Of a stretch of 64,000 nucleotides of DNA, positions 48,901 through 63,719 are shown one piece after another. A program made the position numbers and the translations under genes. The notes beneath the pieces are model-generated. The model did no database searches, was not told the origin of the DNA, and worked only from the letters and a program-made list of their open reading frames with translations. Origin of the DNA: Strigamia acuminata. Lineage: Eukaryota. How positions within the stretch are numbered: position 1 is the first letter of the stretch; every line of letters begins with the position of its first letter. Location: positions 22,072,001 to 22,136,000 of the forward strand of contig OX442314.1 of the NCBI GenBank assembly GCA_949358305.1, given 5' to 3'.

Positions 48901-51118
48901 ACTTATTACTCGAGGAACAATCGCGAGAAACCGTTACTTGTCTATTTCAATCTTGGCAGTTAATTTATTTATTTAAAACACGTAGAAAGTTTTTTTTTTT
49001 AAATTTTTTTTATTTTTATTTTTATTTTTTTATGTGCGTTATTTGTGGTGAATGGTGAAGCATAAGACGTTACACAAATTAAAACTTGAATTTTTTTTAT
49101 AATTGAATTTTTTTTTTTAGAGATTTTTCACGGCCGTTGAAAACGACTTAATTATGACTTTTGCTTCAAAAGGTATGTAAATTTCAAATTTTCCACTTAA
49201 ATTTATAATAATATAGTATAGAAACTCAATAGAAAGGCATTTTATATTAGTTTTTGCATGTTTTAATCGAAAAAAGTGAAAAAAGTGAAATTTTAACGGT
49301 AGAAACATTAAACTATGTTCTATTTATAATCCAATTGCGTCTTAATGTTATACGTTTCGGAAATATAAATCAAAACAGGTGAGGGATACACGATTATGAG
49401 TCATATTGTAAGAAGGGGGATAAGGATGTCAAATGGACATCCTAACTGAGTGATTTAATAGATGGAAACACGGAATAAAATAACATTGCTCGTGTCAAAG
49501 GGTTAGACAAACGCCTATTGTGTGTTTCAGTGATAAGAAAGGTTAAAAGAAGACCTTTTGTCATTTGAGGACAATACCAAAAGGGAAACTGCAGTTGATC
49601 AAATGACAAAAACTAGTAGGGTAACGACGCTGACTCAATTGGGTTTCAAGGCAACAGGTGGCTAAGTGCGACTTAAAAAGAATTCCTTCGGTATTTTTTT
49701 TTTATTTTTATCTTTTGGCTCTGTTTTCCACCAAAATTTTTTTCCAAGAATTACTATGTTGCTTTTATTTTTATCACATGGAATTATCTGGACGCAGAGT
49801 TTCCATGGAAAGCATGAATTGCTGCCATACCACATGAAAGAGATTGTGTGATAAGTGGGTGTGTTGTGATATGAAAATGGGGTTTTCTCTTTTTTTTAAA
49901 AAATTATACTTGGTGGTTTTCGAGATAAAACGTTTGTTTACTTTTAGAATTTTTTTTTTAAACTAAAAAAAAAATACATTGTAACAGCTGTTGTGACATG
50001 TAGTATTTTTTTTCTGGGGTCAAAGAGTTGTTTTGAGTAACGAAAACAAAATTCTTGAAAAATAAAATTTAAAAAATGGTGTATTAATGTAAAAATATTA
50101 TATATATCTCTCATATTTTTTTTTCTTCTATCATAAAAGTGTTGTATAAAAAAAACCGGCTAAAACCATAGAAGAAAAAAAATACCTTTAAAAAGTGGCA
50201 TCAAATTTAATTTTATTAAAAACGTGAAACAAAGCAATAAATCTTTAAAACTTAAACTCTCCTGTTCCTCTATTAATATCCCAGTAGTCCACATTACTCC
50301 TCCCTATTAGCTGCCCCTTATTCCCTCTTTTCCCACAATTTTGCCCCAACTTTAACATTGCTTACACAACTATAGATGTGATGGGCAATAGTGAATTATG
50401 AAGCTGCTGTGTTATTAAACGGCTGGCTTCGGATTCCAACCTCAGCCTCCTTAATTGCAGAGGGAAACTGCTTCTGGAGCCCAGCAATTAGGTGCTCAAA
50501 TCTCCAACATGTTGCCCTTTTTATCATAAAAGAAAAACCTCTTTCCCCTCAAGCAAAATGGAAAAAAAAATAAAAAAAATTCGAGGCTCAAAGGCGGACT
50601 GTATGAGTTTTTCCACCCACTGGCGTCTTAAAGACTGAATTTCATGGGAAAAAATAAATGGAAAAAGAAAAACAGGAGGAAAAATGAGTGAACTCAAGGC
50701 AAAACATTACAAGGAAAAAATTTAAAATTCACATTTTTTTTAAAAAAAATAAAAATAAATAAATAAATTCTTTAAATATTTTTGGGGTTTAAAAAATAAT
50801 AAGAGACTTATACAGTTGACTATTACAAAATGGTTGAACTTTAGAGGGTTAGATTTGACATTCCATAGGATTTTTTTGTCGTATCTCTCTTTTGTATAGG
50901 CATGTCGTGATGATCATACTCAAGTAGTGGCAAGATTAACCTTTGCCACCTCTGGCTTTTGACCTGTTACTGGTTGGGGATTGGTGCCCGGGTTCCCACT
51001 ATATGTGGTCCTATTTCAATCATGTGTTATCCAAAACAGTCAGGCTGGAGTGGTATTCATGGAATCACATGATTTGTTAAATAAATAAATATAAAACATG
51101 TATAAAAGTATTTAATTT

Positions 51119-53279
51119 TGTTATTATTATTATTAATATTTTGTTGTATTTACCGTGCTGCCTCGAATAAACGCCGGGTCCAAATAGGCGCCGGGACTCC
51201 TTTAACCGCCGGGGGGGTCAGCGGCGTTTATTGCACAGTGTACCCTGCCAGCACATAAATATGATTCGCGACCAGATACACAGAGATGAAGTACAATTTG
51301 CCAAAGCAAAAGAAGAGAAAAAGCAATTTGGAAAAGAGACAGAATAACAAGACCTGCTACAATTGTCAAAAGACTGCTAGAGCAAAGTCAAATTCTATAA
51401 TTACAATGGATTAGGACACATGGCTGCTGATTGTAAAAAGCCGATAGTTTAATCCAACTCTTGCGGGAGAGGACAAGGTAGACAAAGCGGAAGAGGACAA
51501 GCCGCTAGAGGATGATCTAAACCAGAAGCAGTGTCAACTGTATGGGAACATGAAAATGAAGGTAAATACGCAAGGACATGCAACGAATGGCACGAATGGC
51601 ACGAATGGCAACGATAATGGCAGGGGGAAAAGATGAAGAAAAAGACAAAATAAAAGACGAAGAAAATAAGAAAAGAAGATGAAATTGCAGGAATTTCAAC
51701 ATATTGTGTCGAAGAAACAGAAGCGAACACTGACGAGCTAAAATGGCTGATAGACTCTGGAGCAACGAGTCACATGATGACGGAAAAAGAAAGCTTTTGC
51801 AAATATGAAGAATGTGATGTTGACATTGAATTGGCAAACAAAGATGGAAAAATAAAAGCCTTTGGAAAATGAGACATTATATGGCATCAAGATGAACAAA
51901 ATGAAGAATTGAAATTGAAAGATGTATTGCACATGTTCCTGAGCTGGGATTCAATTTGATGTCAGTGCCCAAGATAGTGGACGATGAAAATATTGTCATT
52001 GAATTCCGCAAAAAGCAAGTTATAGAAACAATGAGATGATGAACATCACTCTGATGACGGTGGAAAGAAAAGGGAACAAGTTTATAGCAAGAGGATGAGC
52101 ATTAAATGCTGAAGAGGCAAATTAGCTGAAAACATGACCAGAAGATGGCGTCAGCGATTATGATAAATAAGTCACGAGACGATTAAACAAATGAAGAAAG
52201 AAGAATTAGTATTAGGTTTAAAAGGAGCCAAGAAGTTAAAAGTGTCTGTGAAGCCTGTGTAAAAGGCAAGATGAAGAGGAAACCACATAAGAGAATTGCA
52301 GTACGCCAAATGAAGAAAATTATGGAATTATTCCACACTGATCTCATTGGACCAATTACGCTGGAATCCTTAGATGATTTTAGTCTATTTCTAATGGTGA
52401 GAACATTAAAGAAGAAAAGCGAAACTTTCGCAGAGTTGACCAGTTTAATAATAAAGATGGAGACACAAACTGGATTAAAACTTAAAAAATTAAGATCCCA
52501 ACAAGAAATATTTGTTGGTTATCCAAGTGGAAGAACGGGATACAGAATTTATGATCCCACAACGAAGAATGTAACAGAAAAAAGATATATTCAATTTGAT
52601 GTAGACCAATTAGGATCAAAATTCATAAATGAAGATGAAAAGAGCTCAAATAAAAGTGAAGAAACAGTGACGGTTAATCTTTTCGAATATGAAGATCAAA
52701 ATGAAGACGTAAGTGAAGAAGGAAGAACAGATGAGGAAGATCAACAAGATAGAATAGACTTCCAAAATCGAAATGAAGAAGCTACAAACAGACCATAAAG
52801 GAATGAAAATTGAAATACTTTGAGAAGAGGGAGGAATAAAGGAGATACAAATGAGATGATAAGTGTATGAATTAAAGAAATATTAGAAGAAAGAGAGAGG
52901 CAATTGCAAACCCAAGGTGTAAGAAGATCAGAACCGATCAAAGAAAAGGCGATAATTACGCAAGAAGTTTTTTAACTAAAGGATTGAATGGAGATATTCT
53001 GGAAGGATTACTTAAACAAGTTATGTTAACTCAATAATATTTCTACTTATCATAAATCCAAGGAGTAGATTTGTTATTATTGTTAATATTTAGTTGTATT
53101 TGTGTCATTGATGTTTTAATCTAGTGTATTATTTTTACACCAGAGTGTGCCACTATGTAATTTATTTTATGACATGTGACAGGATGTGCCATTTCCTGCT
53201 AATTAAAAATTCTGTGTGTTCTTGTGTTTTAGAGGAAATAAGAAATGTTTTTATTTCAAGCCAACTTAGAGAAGATTCA
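51119..53279 (+). mobile_element. Degenerate, internally deleted Ty1/copia LTR retrotransposon
   Basis: Domains in copia order: decayed zinc knuckle (TCYNC; GHMAADC ~51414-51434), protease WLIDSGATSHM (51744-51776), VPELGFNLMSV, CEACVKGK, integrase ELFHTDLIGPI..DDFS..KKKSETF..KKLRS and IFVGYPSGRTGYRIYDP. Many stops and frameshifts; no RT/RNaseH. The 3' LTR starts TG at 53072 after a purine tract, and its first ~30 nt match 51119-51150. Candidate TSD AATTT (51114-51118 / 53280-53284). Confidence 0.88.
51153..51240. mobile_element. Tiny TA-flanked TIR element (Tc1/pogo-type MITE relic) at the break point of the copia 5' LTR
   Basis: aataaacgccg...cggcgtttatt inverted repeat, TA on both sides, GC-rich island in AT-rich DNA. 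Confidence 0.55.
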
Positions 53280-54944
53280 AATTTGTGTTTCAAATTTTGC
53301 ATAAAAATGCAATTATTATTGATGCATCAAAAAATGCATCTAAAATTGGAACTGTCTTGAAAAGAGAACTAAATTTGACATTTTATGCATAACTTATTGG
53401 CAGCTAATGCATTTTTAGCGCAAAAGCATGCAACAGTGTCACATTACAATCACTAGCCCACCCACTGTAGACCTTCTTGTATCTTGTAAAAACAAGTGAT
53501 AAAAACATCAAGTTCTGTTTAGTCCCATACTTTACTGGTTTTAAAAATGATTGAGTGACAAGATAAACAGAGTAAATGAATGGTTTCAGATTTATCTACC
53601 ACAATTTCATGCCTGGTTGGTTTTTTTGTTGACAAAAAAAGTATACAGTAATAATTAAGTGCAAGTAAATATATTTTCTAATTTACTGCCATTTACTTCT
53701 CCTCTTTATTATCTTTTGTGTTCCATATAGCTCAACTGATGTCTGAGAGCACAAATTGCACGAGCTTAAAAAAGTAAACGTTGAACCGGATGCCTTTTGT
53801 GTTTGATGACATCATAGGGTAGTGTCAATTCTTTTACAGTTTGGAATTCATGGCAAAACAGGTCAGGTGAGATTACTGGGATTCTCAAAACTGTTCTTTT
53901 TAGTGCTTGTCACTTGTGAATACCCATAGCATGAGTTTTAGCAGTAGGATTAAGTCGGGTCTGAGCTTTTTTTTCAACGGCGCTCCTCCCCTGCGCTTAG
54001 ACTGGGTTTTCGTGATGAGGATTGGCTGTGTGTATGAAAAGCCACCACTTGAGCTGTGTTTAGGGTTGTGTAACAGGGGTCTAGGGTGTATCTGCTGCCC
54101 TGCTCTTGACTGGTTTCAATATTAGATCTGGTTTACTTGAGTCATTGCATTGGAATGTGTGGTATGCAGAGCATCTCACCTAGGCATTCACATCTTTTGT
54201 CATCTTGTTTAAAAAAAAAAGAGGAAACAGAAGGAGACAGTTTTTTTTTATTGTGCAATTGAATTGAATGAATGAAATGTTGATTGTTCATTATTCAGTA
54301 ATTTTGGTCTAAATTATAGACTGTGAGTACAGTCACTGCACATTGGAGAAACTGCATTGTTTGGGACTTGCTGCAGGTTATAAATAATTTTTTTTTTTAA
54401 ATTTTAATTACAGTTTGAACAAATAAATTTTTTTGGTTGATGGCAATGATAACATTGTTCTAAAATCTTAAAATTGCAACAACAATTGGTTCGATTAAGA
54501 TGCAAATGGCGGTGAATGTTCGTAGAATTTTCATCTTTAAATGCAAATTATTTTGACGCATAAGTGATCAATAAAGGAAGAAAAAGTTAATTTTTGCAAT
54601 GAAACAACAACATAAAAAAGCAATCTTTTATTTTGATTACAATTACATGCAAAAATGAAGAGTAAACATTGAGGTGGAAAACCGAACGAGCTAATATTAG
54701 TGCTGCCATCTATGATTGGATTCTGACAACAATTTGAGCACAAAAATATTTCCAAGTGGCAGAAGCACCTTCCCGTACGCTCATCACAATATCATCATTT
54801 AACAAATAGTTAATACAAACATTAAAATTGTCAACTTGTCTTTCACTATACCGTGCAAAAAAAGACAATTGTATTTTTTTGACATTTTTAGAAATTCTAT
54901 TAATCATTTTTGTTTGACAGTAGTTTGATAGTTCGAGTTTGTAT

Positions 54945-56893
54945 TCATTCGTCTCGTCCGGGTTCGAAATCAGATCTGAGATGCTGTAGAGGGTTGTGTT
55001 GGACGAGCTTGTGTCCATCTGATCGTTGAATTTGTTGAGCTACATCATCATCTGGTTCAGCCGGTTGAAAACAACATTTTGGACTGCAGTAGAGTGCATC
55101 CAAAGCACAACGGCATTCGAGGCATGGGTCAGTTGCAACTCCAACTAATTCGCCAATACGGTATTTCACTCCTAGGATTTCACAGCCCACTAGAAACAAA
55201 GACGACGAAAAAGAAAATTAACAGAAAAAATGGCGACCGATACAGACTGCTTTCAGTCGCAGTGGGCATGCGCACGACATTTTACACATGACTTTATCAA
55301 TGCGTCTAATCGTAAGGGTTAGGTAAACGTGTTTAAATCGAATTTAGAAAAGTTTCGAATGAAATCTGTACACTTAAATCAAATTTTAGTCTTGTTATAT
55401 TTTCTATTTCAATTTATAAATGCCTTAATTTTCAAAAATGGAAAAGAAGAAAGTAAAAGGGAATAAATAATACGTACGCTGTGAAATGTTTTTACTTGCG
55501 GTTAGACTCGTTTCTGGTTTTGTAGGTTTTGTCTTCCTTGGAATTGCTAAATGAAATTTAAATTTCATACATTTAACTTAATTTCCAATCTTTGACATTT
55601 ACTTACGGCATAGATATAGGGAACGTTCGCACACTCCTTCGTACGTTAATTCAACACATCCTTCCGGTGCGGGAGGACAATTTTTCCAATAACAATCAAT
55701 GTAACCATTTCTGCAGAAACAAAAATGGCAAAGATGTTTTCGGCCTATGTTAGCACCCGATTGGTAAACCTTTCCCTCAAAAGCACAGGAACCTTCAGTT
55801 TTATTCACTGAAAATGTGACCATTTGGTTACTTGGGTAATTTGCTAAACTTACGAAACGATCGTACCTGTAATCGGTTCAAGAGCATAGAAGTTTCGTCC
55901 TTCAAGTGGATTTATGTTTGTATCAACTTCGGTCAATAAGTTTTCGTTTTGAGTAGTTGATGATGATATTGTACTGCTTGGTATTAATGGTGAGGATGAC
56001 AATCGACCTCCTTTCAGTCTTCTACTAGGAAAACGTGGTCTTAGGCGTTGACCAAATGAAGGTTGATTTTCCGTTGCAGTGTTGTCAGTTTGCACATCTT
56101 CAATGCCTTTCTGAAGAGGAACTAACAAAGAAGTTATTTTATTACTTTTATATGGGAAATTTGTCAATTATTGGCAAACATCTTGGAAGAAAGTACCGTC
56201 AACATTGTTTTATATTGCAAGGTGCAGAGTTTGCTTTTTTAAATACAAAGTGTAGCATTAGAATTACATTAGTGAAAAAAAAATTAAGAAACGATGTGTG
56301 TTGCAATTTACCGGAAATAAATCACAAACATTGCAAATTAACATTGGCTGAAATTTAGGTTTATTTTGCTATTTAAAATAAATATTTCACATTTGTTGTT
56401 GTTTTTATTTAATGTTGCAATCAGACCCAGAGAGGGGACTCCAGGGCCACTTGGATCAAGCCCCAGCCCAAGGGGGCCCCCAAAGTCCAGCGATTTCGAT
56501 TTAAAAATAAAAAAAAAACTGGATAATTAGTGTTACGTTAACTTGATCTGTAATAAAAATAATAAATGGAAAAAAAAACTCATGCTTTGTGCATTTATGG
56601 GTTTTATTCGTACAGACCCGGGCATTTGTAACTCCCCATGTCGCATCTAAAAGGCCCTGCTTGTAAATGTGTGTTAATAGTTGTGATTTCAACATATCTG
56701 GCAAAATTTAACGTTTTTATTTAGATTGTCGCCATTAAACTCTTTCTGGTGATAAATTTGATCACACAGAGGCTTATTTAACTGAGAAAAATGCATTTTT
56801 TTGATGCTTTCATTTGTACTACTAACCTTGAGATGTATCAGGAACACAGGCTAATAGGAAGAAGAGGATAACACACTTGTTGAATAGCGCCAT
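54945..56893 (-). CDS. Secreted protein with two VWC (von Willebrand factor type C)-like Cys-rich modules
   Basis: Signal-peptide exon 56893-56827 (MALFNKCVILFFLLACVPDTSQ). Further exons ~56110/56106-55867, 55807-55607 (CAFEGKVYQSGANIGRKHLCHFCFCRNGYIDCYWKNCPPAPEGC..GVC..YLC), 55546-55478 and 55189-54945 (GCEILGVKYRIGELVGVATDPCLECRCALDALYCSPKCC). The junction between the first two exons is unresolved (either the 56106 acceptor or a missing small exon). An acceptor at 56904 implies an upstream non-coding exon. Confidence 0.82.
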
Positions 56894-59800
56894 TGGAGTG
56901 CACCTGTAAAGTGAATCAAAGCATGTCCGTGAAGGAAGAGTTAAAAATACAAGTGTCGTTATGATGCAATAGGTAACAGGAAAACCTTAAAGGAATTATT
57001 ACTTATTTTCTTTTCAACTTGTGACATCATTAATTTTTGCATTTACTCTAGCCAAGGGGATATCTGGATTCCTAAAGGGTTCTTGGAATGAAAAAGTTGA
57101 TCAAACTGATTTTAAATGTTCTTAAATAACATTATCAAAGTTCCTTGAAGTCCAATGACCCTTTTTAAGGTTAAAAAAAAATTTGGGAGGAAAAAAAAAT
57201 CAACTTGACAGTTTGCAAGGTTTCTTCCACACCCACTAATAAACAACTTTCTCTCAACATCCCTCAGTTTGGACTCTTCTGGGTCGGTCACTGTTCTTAG
57301 AGGTTACTTTCTGATTTAAACAAACATGTTTAAAGCAAATTTTTAAAATATGATTTTTTTTTTAAACATTTGCAATTATCATTATATCCTTCACTGCTTA
57401 ATTGGAGAAAGTTTAAAAGGACATAAAATAATGAGAAGTTATTTTTTTTTTATTCTTTTAAAGACAATTGATTTAGGGATATTTTAATTGATGTTAATGA
57501 TGAAGAGTTGACCCAGGAAGTGAATTAATGGAAAGATAATTATCAGCAGAGAGTTTATAGACTCTGCAGAAATGGATTTGTATTTCTCAGGGGATTTATT
57601 TTCACAGAGAAAAATGTGAGAAACAAAGAAAGAAAGAAAAAGTAAACAAGTGGCAAGAATAAATTACATATGGAGTTTGTTTTTATTATTTTTTTCATGT
57701 TAAACAACTTTTTTTTGCAATGTTTGGAAAGATTAGAAGATTTAGGTTTTATCCTTGAACTTCCAAGATAGCTTGGAATTTGCTATGAATATGAAGAAAT
57801 GTTGTTGCATGGTTTGCTTTCTTTATACCCATTAACACTATCATTGCAAAAGAAGTTGCAACCTTGAAAAATTGAGGAAAAAGATTCCCATTTGCTTTTT
57901 AAAGTGGTGAGTGAAGGCCAAATGTAAGTTTTGTACACAAAAAAATAACTTTAGAATGAAGAAGTTGATTAATAATGATGGTTTCTAATGTGGAGAGTCA
58001 ATTGGGTTCAAATCAATGATATAATTTGGAATTTGAATAGATTTTGGTGTAATATATTTGTTATTAGACAATAATCTTACCTTTAATATTGGTTTGTGTT
58101 TATTGCTGATTATACTTTTGGCAAGTTCCAATGATTGAGAAATTTATGCAAAAACTCTTTAGCTACTTTTAATGGTAGTTAGCTAGTGTTGCCTGCTGTT
58201 GTACTCTGCTGGTGGTTGAGTTTGCTGTTGCCCCAGGGGGTTTCACATAATCAAAGACATTTTTTTCTTTTCCCACATGCATTTCTCTTTTATTGCATGT
58301 GCTCTCCATACTAAGTAGAGAGGAACAAGCTTTAGAGTTAAAACCCCACCTTGGTGTTGCCTTAGGACTTGGGAGATCTCTTTGTTATTGATAATGAAAT
58401 TGGTGCCATTCATTTATGAAAGAGATTACAAATTTAAATTATTATATATGTTCTGAAAAACTTGTTTTTTCAATTGGGCTTTGAAGATAATTTATTTATT
58501 TTTTATTTTTTATTTTTTATGAAAAATTATAAATTATAAGTGTTTATTTGATTGTTGACAGAGATCAGAGTGGAGGAAAAAAGAACTTGTGTTTGGTGTA
58601 GGTTGTTGATTGTGATAGGTGGGTGGGTTAGTTTTTGAATTTTAAATGTCTGCAGAGTGGTGGCATCTTACGAGAGGTCTGCAAAACTAAAAGTGAGAGT
58701 AATATAATTTTTTAGAGGAGTAGTTTTGGAATGGTTAAGGATAAAATTATTTATAAGTTTTCAAATTAGGAGTTAGGTTTGTTCGTAAATGCGTGTGGTT
58801 TCAATCGTGACTGTTGTAAATTTGAAAAATTTTAAGTGAATTAAAATTAACAAATTTAATAAGCTTACTTTAAAAAAAATTTTAGAGTTTTTTTTTTTAT
58901 TTCTAAGCAAAGGAAATCTGGTAGGAAATTTTTATTTCTGGGTCCGACATGTGCTGCTACTTATTTCTCGTGGTCAAATGCAGAATCTAAAACTTAACTG
59001 TTTCCAAAACCAACAGATGGCAGTGCACATTCTTTCTCTCTTGATATCCGAAGATTATTCTAAAATAGCAAACATATTTTTTATTATTTTATTTTTTTTT
59101 TTTACAATTTTTACAATTTTCATTTACAATTCGTATATTTTTATTTAAAATAAATTTTTATTTCTATAAATTTCTTTTTTTTTTTTAAATCTGAAAATTT
59201 AATAAATAAAAAAATAAAAAAATAAAAAACTTTTTTAGAACTTCTTAACAATAAAAAAAACGCGGTTTTGTGTTGTCTATTTATATCTTAAATGTCCGGA
59301 GTCTAATCAAAGAAATGAAATAAAAAAAAATGAATCAAAGCATTACCGCCCATCGCCCAATCATTCATGAAATTGCACCGAGTACAGAAGTTTGAGTGCG
59401 TAGACTTTTGGAACTTGGTGATATGTCAGTAACAAATTATGAGCTTGTTTTTCACCGAGTAGCTGATAAAAACGTGGAGTGAAAGTGCAAGGACGAACTT
59501 GCGGTTTTATTGAAAAATACAGAAAAAGAAACGGAGGAAAAACCGATCGAGACAGATCGACTCGTTTTATCTCAACTAGATATAAATGGTGCCGAAAAGA
59601 TTATCTTCAAGCACGTGGAGACGGGTTAAATTAAACAATTGTGTAAGTAATAATAAATCATAATAAAAAACAAATGCAAAACAGCAAAAATCAACAAATT
59701 CGACTTGCACCGACCGCACACTTGTTGTCATTTGACGACATTTCAGCAGTTTGTATAGGTGGGCGCTTTCTGTCATCAGACACCCATGGATCTGTCAGGG

Positions 59801-62800
59801 TTTGTGAGATCTTTATTTCTTTCATGGGTACACTTACCTTGACCAGACGCCCTCTCTCCCATAGAAAAATCGGGTTTTCTAGAATGCCCACCCATCTTGC
59901 AGTCTAAGAAAAAAAATTGATTTTTCGTATTAATTTTGTATGTCGAATTTTTGGCTCGCACGCCACTTCACTTTATTATCTGAGTGGATAAAAACAAGTC
60001 GTTGTTAGGCTTAGAATAAGGAAGGAAAAAAGTGAAAGTGGTAAATAATGTTTTTTGGTTTATTTGGTTTAAGATATGGAATGTTTGGATCTAAAAAAAG
60101 AGATCTAGAGGTGAGTCCTTTGAGCCTCTAGGCTGAAATTCCCAGACACAATGAGTAAAAGGCTTGTAGATGGGTGGAGACTGGTAAAAACTTAGCAATG
60201 AAGAAAATCTTAAGTCGGTTGCTTTCACTTGCTTATCTAGAAGGATTGGTATTTGGATAGTATTCCAGATAAATCCCTTCAGGCTCCAGTAGTATTGTTT
60301 CCTGTTTAAACTGTTTGTTGGTTTTTTTCAAATAATAAACATGTTGGAGTGATAAAAACAATAAATGGAAATTGTGACCAAATCAGTGTAGATCCAACAC
60401 CAGTAGTTAGCAACTTAGCATATCAGTTTATGTGATAATTTTTATATAGATGTCACTGATAAAAATCAATAGTTTTATGAATATCGATTTTTTTTTGGTG
60501 TGATTATTGATTTTATAAACAAAATTGTAAGAAATCGAATTTTGAGTAATCGATTTATTGATCAATTTCGCAATTTTGTAGCGAAAAATTCTGGGAATGT
60601 TGATCAATTTATGATTTTCTCATTTGTTTAGTTGAAATAAAAGATGACAGAGATAGAATAAATTTTTGTGAAATGTAGCTCCACCTTGAGATGCCTTTGA
60701 CCACCAAAGGTGATTCCCTAACTAGTGCCTCTCGTCTAGTTCCGGCTCCTTTTTTCTTTTTCTTTTAAGGGGAGGATAGAAGAATGTATGTTATCTTGTC
60801 TTCGAGTTGGTAGGTGATGGAAAGTAGCTATTGTTTTGGTGAAAGTTTTCGCCTTGTACTTGAAACGATTTCAGAGAGATATAAACATTTTTTTTTTCTT
60901 CTTTTATTTGGTTTAGTTTTTCATGTGTAGGTGGATGTATTATTGTGTTTCATTTTATGAGATTTGCTTGAGGTGTGTGCAGACATGTTGGTGATTTTGT
61001 ATAGAATTGAATTGAATTTTTGGTTAAAAATATTAAATTCAAAATTGTGTATAATGATGAATGGTGAATGGGGTTTTGTATGTGGCTGTTAGTCATTAAT
61101 GTTTTAGTTTCTTGTTTATTTTTAAAGAGGTGGTTTGTTTAAATATTTATTTTACTTTTTTTTCTTTCCTTTTTAAATTAAAAACTTATGGTGCGGATTC
61201 ACCAGATGGAAAAATATAGGTTTGAGTGTTTGTTTTGTTTATTGCTGGGGTTTTGGTCCTTGGTATGGTAATTGAGATATATTTACATGATTTTGATTGA
61301 TCTTATTATTGGTTTGTCGGGATATCAAATTGAGGATTGGTGTATTTGTTTACCACACCTAATTTCTGTGGAAAAAAAGTCTTTTGGGATGGATAACAAG
61401 AATGGCCTTGGTACCAAAACTTATTGACTTTCTTCTTTTTAATGATTTATTGTAATCGCTTAAATTACTTCCTTTTCCCTCTTTTTTTACCTTTTTTTTC
61501 TTTTTTTTTATAAATAAAACTAAAAAAAAATATCTGTCAGATCAAAAGAAGCGTTATTTACTGTGATATAATCGATACCTACTGTAGTACATACAAACAA
61601 AAAGCCTTTGCATTGTATCAGCAATTTATCACAACTTTTTTTTTATTCGAAAAAATGTTTGTCTGCAATTTTTTTTTTATCTTTGTCTTCCAAAAAATAC
61701 TGCACAGATTTTTAAACTTAAAATTTAAAATTTTAAAATTTTTTTTTGGGTTTTTATTTCCATTTATTCAGCAATTTTCCATCAGTTATTTGCAGCGCTT
61801 CTTAATTTTCTGTTACGAGCAAACCAACGACAGACGGCGTCCTTTGTAAAACCCGAAAAACAGATAGGATATTTACTGTCCTTAAAACAACACCTAACTT
61901 AAATTTCTTCACCAAAAATCCGTTTTTTGATATTTCCTTTTGCTGAGAACATGAAAATAAAAATTTAGCAATTTAAAAAATAATAATAAAAAAAAAAAAA
62001 TTCAACATCATATTTTGAGTACAATTTCCCTACTTCCTACAATACGATCCCGCTGAAAAAAGCACGTGTAGGTTACTCGACACCACCATCGCACACGTGC
62101 TCTCCACGAGCTCCTTTCGGGCACTGGAAGTACCTGGTGGCGTTTCCTGTCTTTTCTCTGACAGAGCGTGCCACCTCAAAGGGAAGATTCCAGTATGTGG
62201 GTGGATTTGGCCAGATACGGCGCCACGTGCGAGTAGGATTAATGTTTTTTGGTTGGGACTTGCATGTCCGATTGTGTCACAGGTGTGTGGGTATCTATAG
62301 GGGTTCGTTAAGGATTCCGTGAGGCTTTGGACATTTTTCTACAGAGGGATTAAGATAGCCCCACATGTGTGATCATCAAGTATGGACATGACTGGACAAG
62401 AAATGTTTAATAAAGTTGACGTTTTAATTTTTTTTTATTTTTTAAAGATGTGGGTGAGAGATATTGCTATATGCATGTGTTTTGTGATATTATGAGTTAA
62501 TAACTTGTCTGGAGCCCTAATGTCTGATTGCAGTGGGAACATCAAAGGGATTAGTGATTGATATGGGAAGACAGTCCAGCGCCCTGATGGCGTCGAGTTT
62601 AGTACTTATTAGACGTCCTGCAACAACTATTCCTGGACGTGTTACACAATTTGAATAAATGTTTGTAGGGCGAAAAGCTGCGGAGATTGCATCTTGGATG
62701 ATGGCGCCGAAATAAGTGTTAATTAAATAGATTTTGACGAAAGAAAAAATGTACAACGTTACATAAATAATGACGATAAAGTAAATAAAAATTTTTTTTA

Positions 62801-63719
62801 TTGTAGAACTAGATGATGTCAATTTCAAGCTTGTTTTTAAAATGTCAAGGTGATTTGATTTAGCCGGAAAAATGTAACGCAGTTGTTGTGTTTCGTTGTC
62901 TTGGAATGCAGAAATGTGTTTTGGTTTAGCCAGTTTACCGGGTTTACAGGGTTTACCTCACTTCGTTTGTCTTCCGAGTGTAGATAAATCAGATAAATGT
63001 TCTCCGCTCCCATAATTAGCTTGGGAAAAACATTGTTTTCGACTTTAATTAGAATCAGCTTTCAACGCGTTGATTTTCTTGGAAAATCTCGTGGTTAGGG
63101 TTAATCAATTAAATGAAAACAGGTGGGGGGAATAAGGAAGTGTAAACAATAGAAGTGGCCTATTTTCTCCAAAAGTCTCTCGGATTTTTCTTTAGTCTTT
63201 GAAATGATCAACTTGCACATTAACGGCATTAAAAAAGCGAATTATTTCGGTGGTCGCACATTGGGCGTGTGTGAGAAAATACTCGAAGGAAAATTCCTCA
63301 AGTGGACATACCAATTACGAGATAGGGAAAAAAAAAAGTTATGGGTTATTTTTGAAAGCTTTTGTGACCCATATTACTAAAAACACCCCCAAAAGTATTT
63401 CTAGGTTCCCGGGAAAAATAAAAATAAAAAATAAAAAATAAAAAATAATTCACATTTTCATTTATTTAAAAAAAAAAAAAAAAAAAAAAAATAGAAAAAA
63501 AAAAAATAACAAAAGAATTAAATTGTAAATGGAAAAGCTATAATTTAAAAAAAAATTAAATATACGGCAGACATGAGACATATACCACCCTCCCTCCCTC
63601 CCTCCCTCCCCGTTTTCGATTTCCACCCCCAACGCGAAAATTTTTAGTCCCGACCCTCCATTGAAGAAACCACCCAAATCGTAGAAGAGCGACTCCACAC
63701 GCAGCAAACGCATTCTTAA

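Noticed and set aside
56421..56660. Small exon(s) of the VWC gene (DATWGVTNAR or GPFRCDMGSYKCP)
   Set aside because: Weak gtctgt donor, conflicting frames, and the GC-rich segment resembles a decayed hAT-type MITE end (CAGGGCC); unresolved without RNA data.
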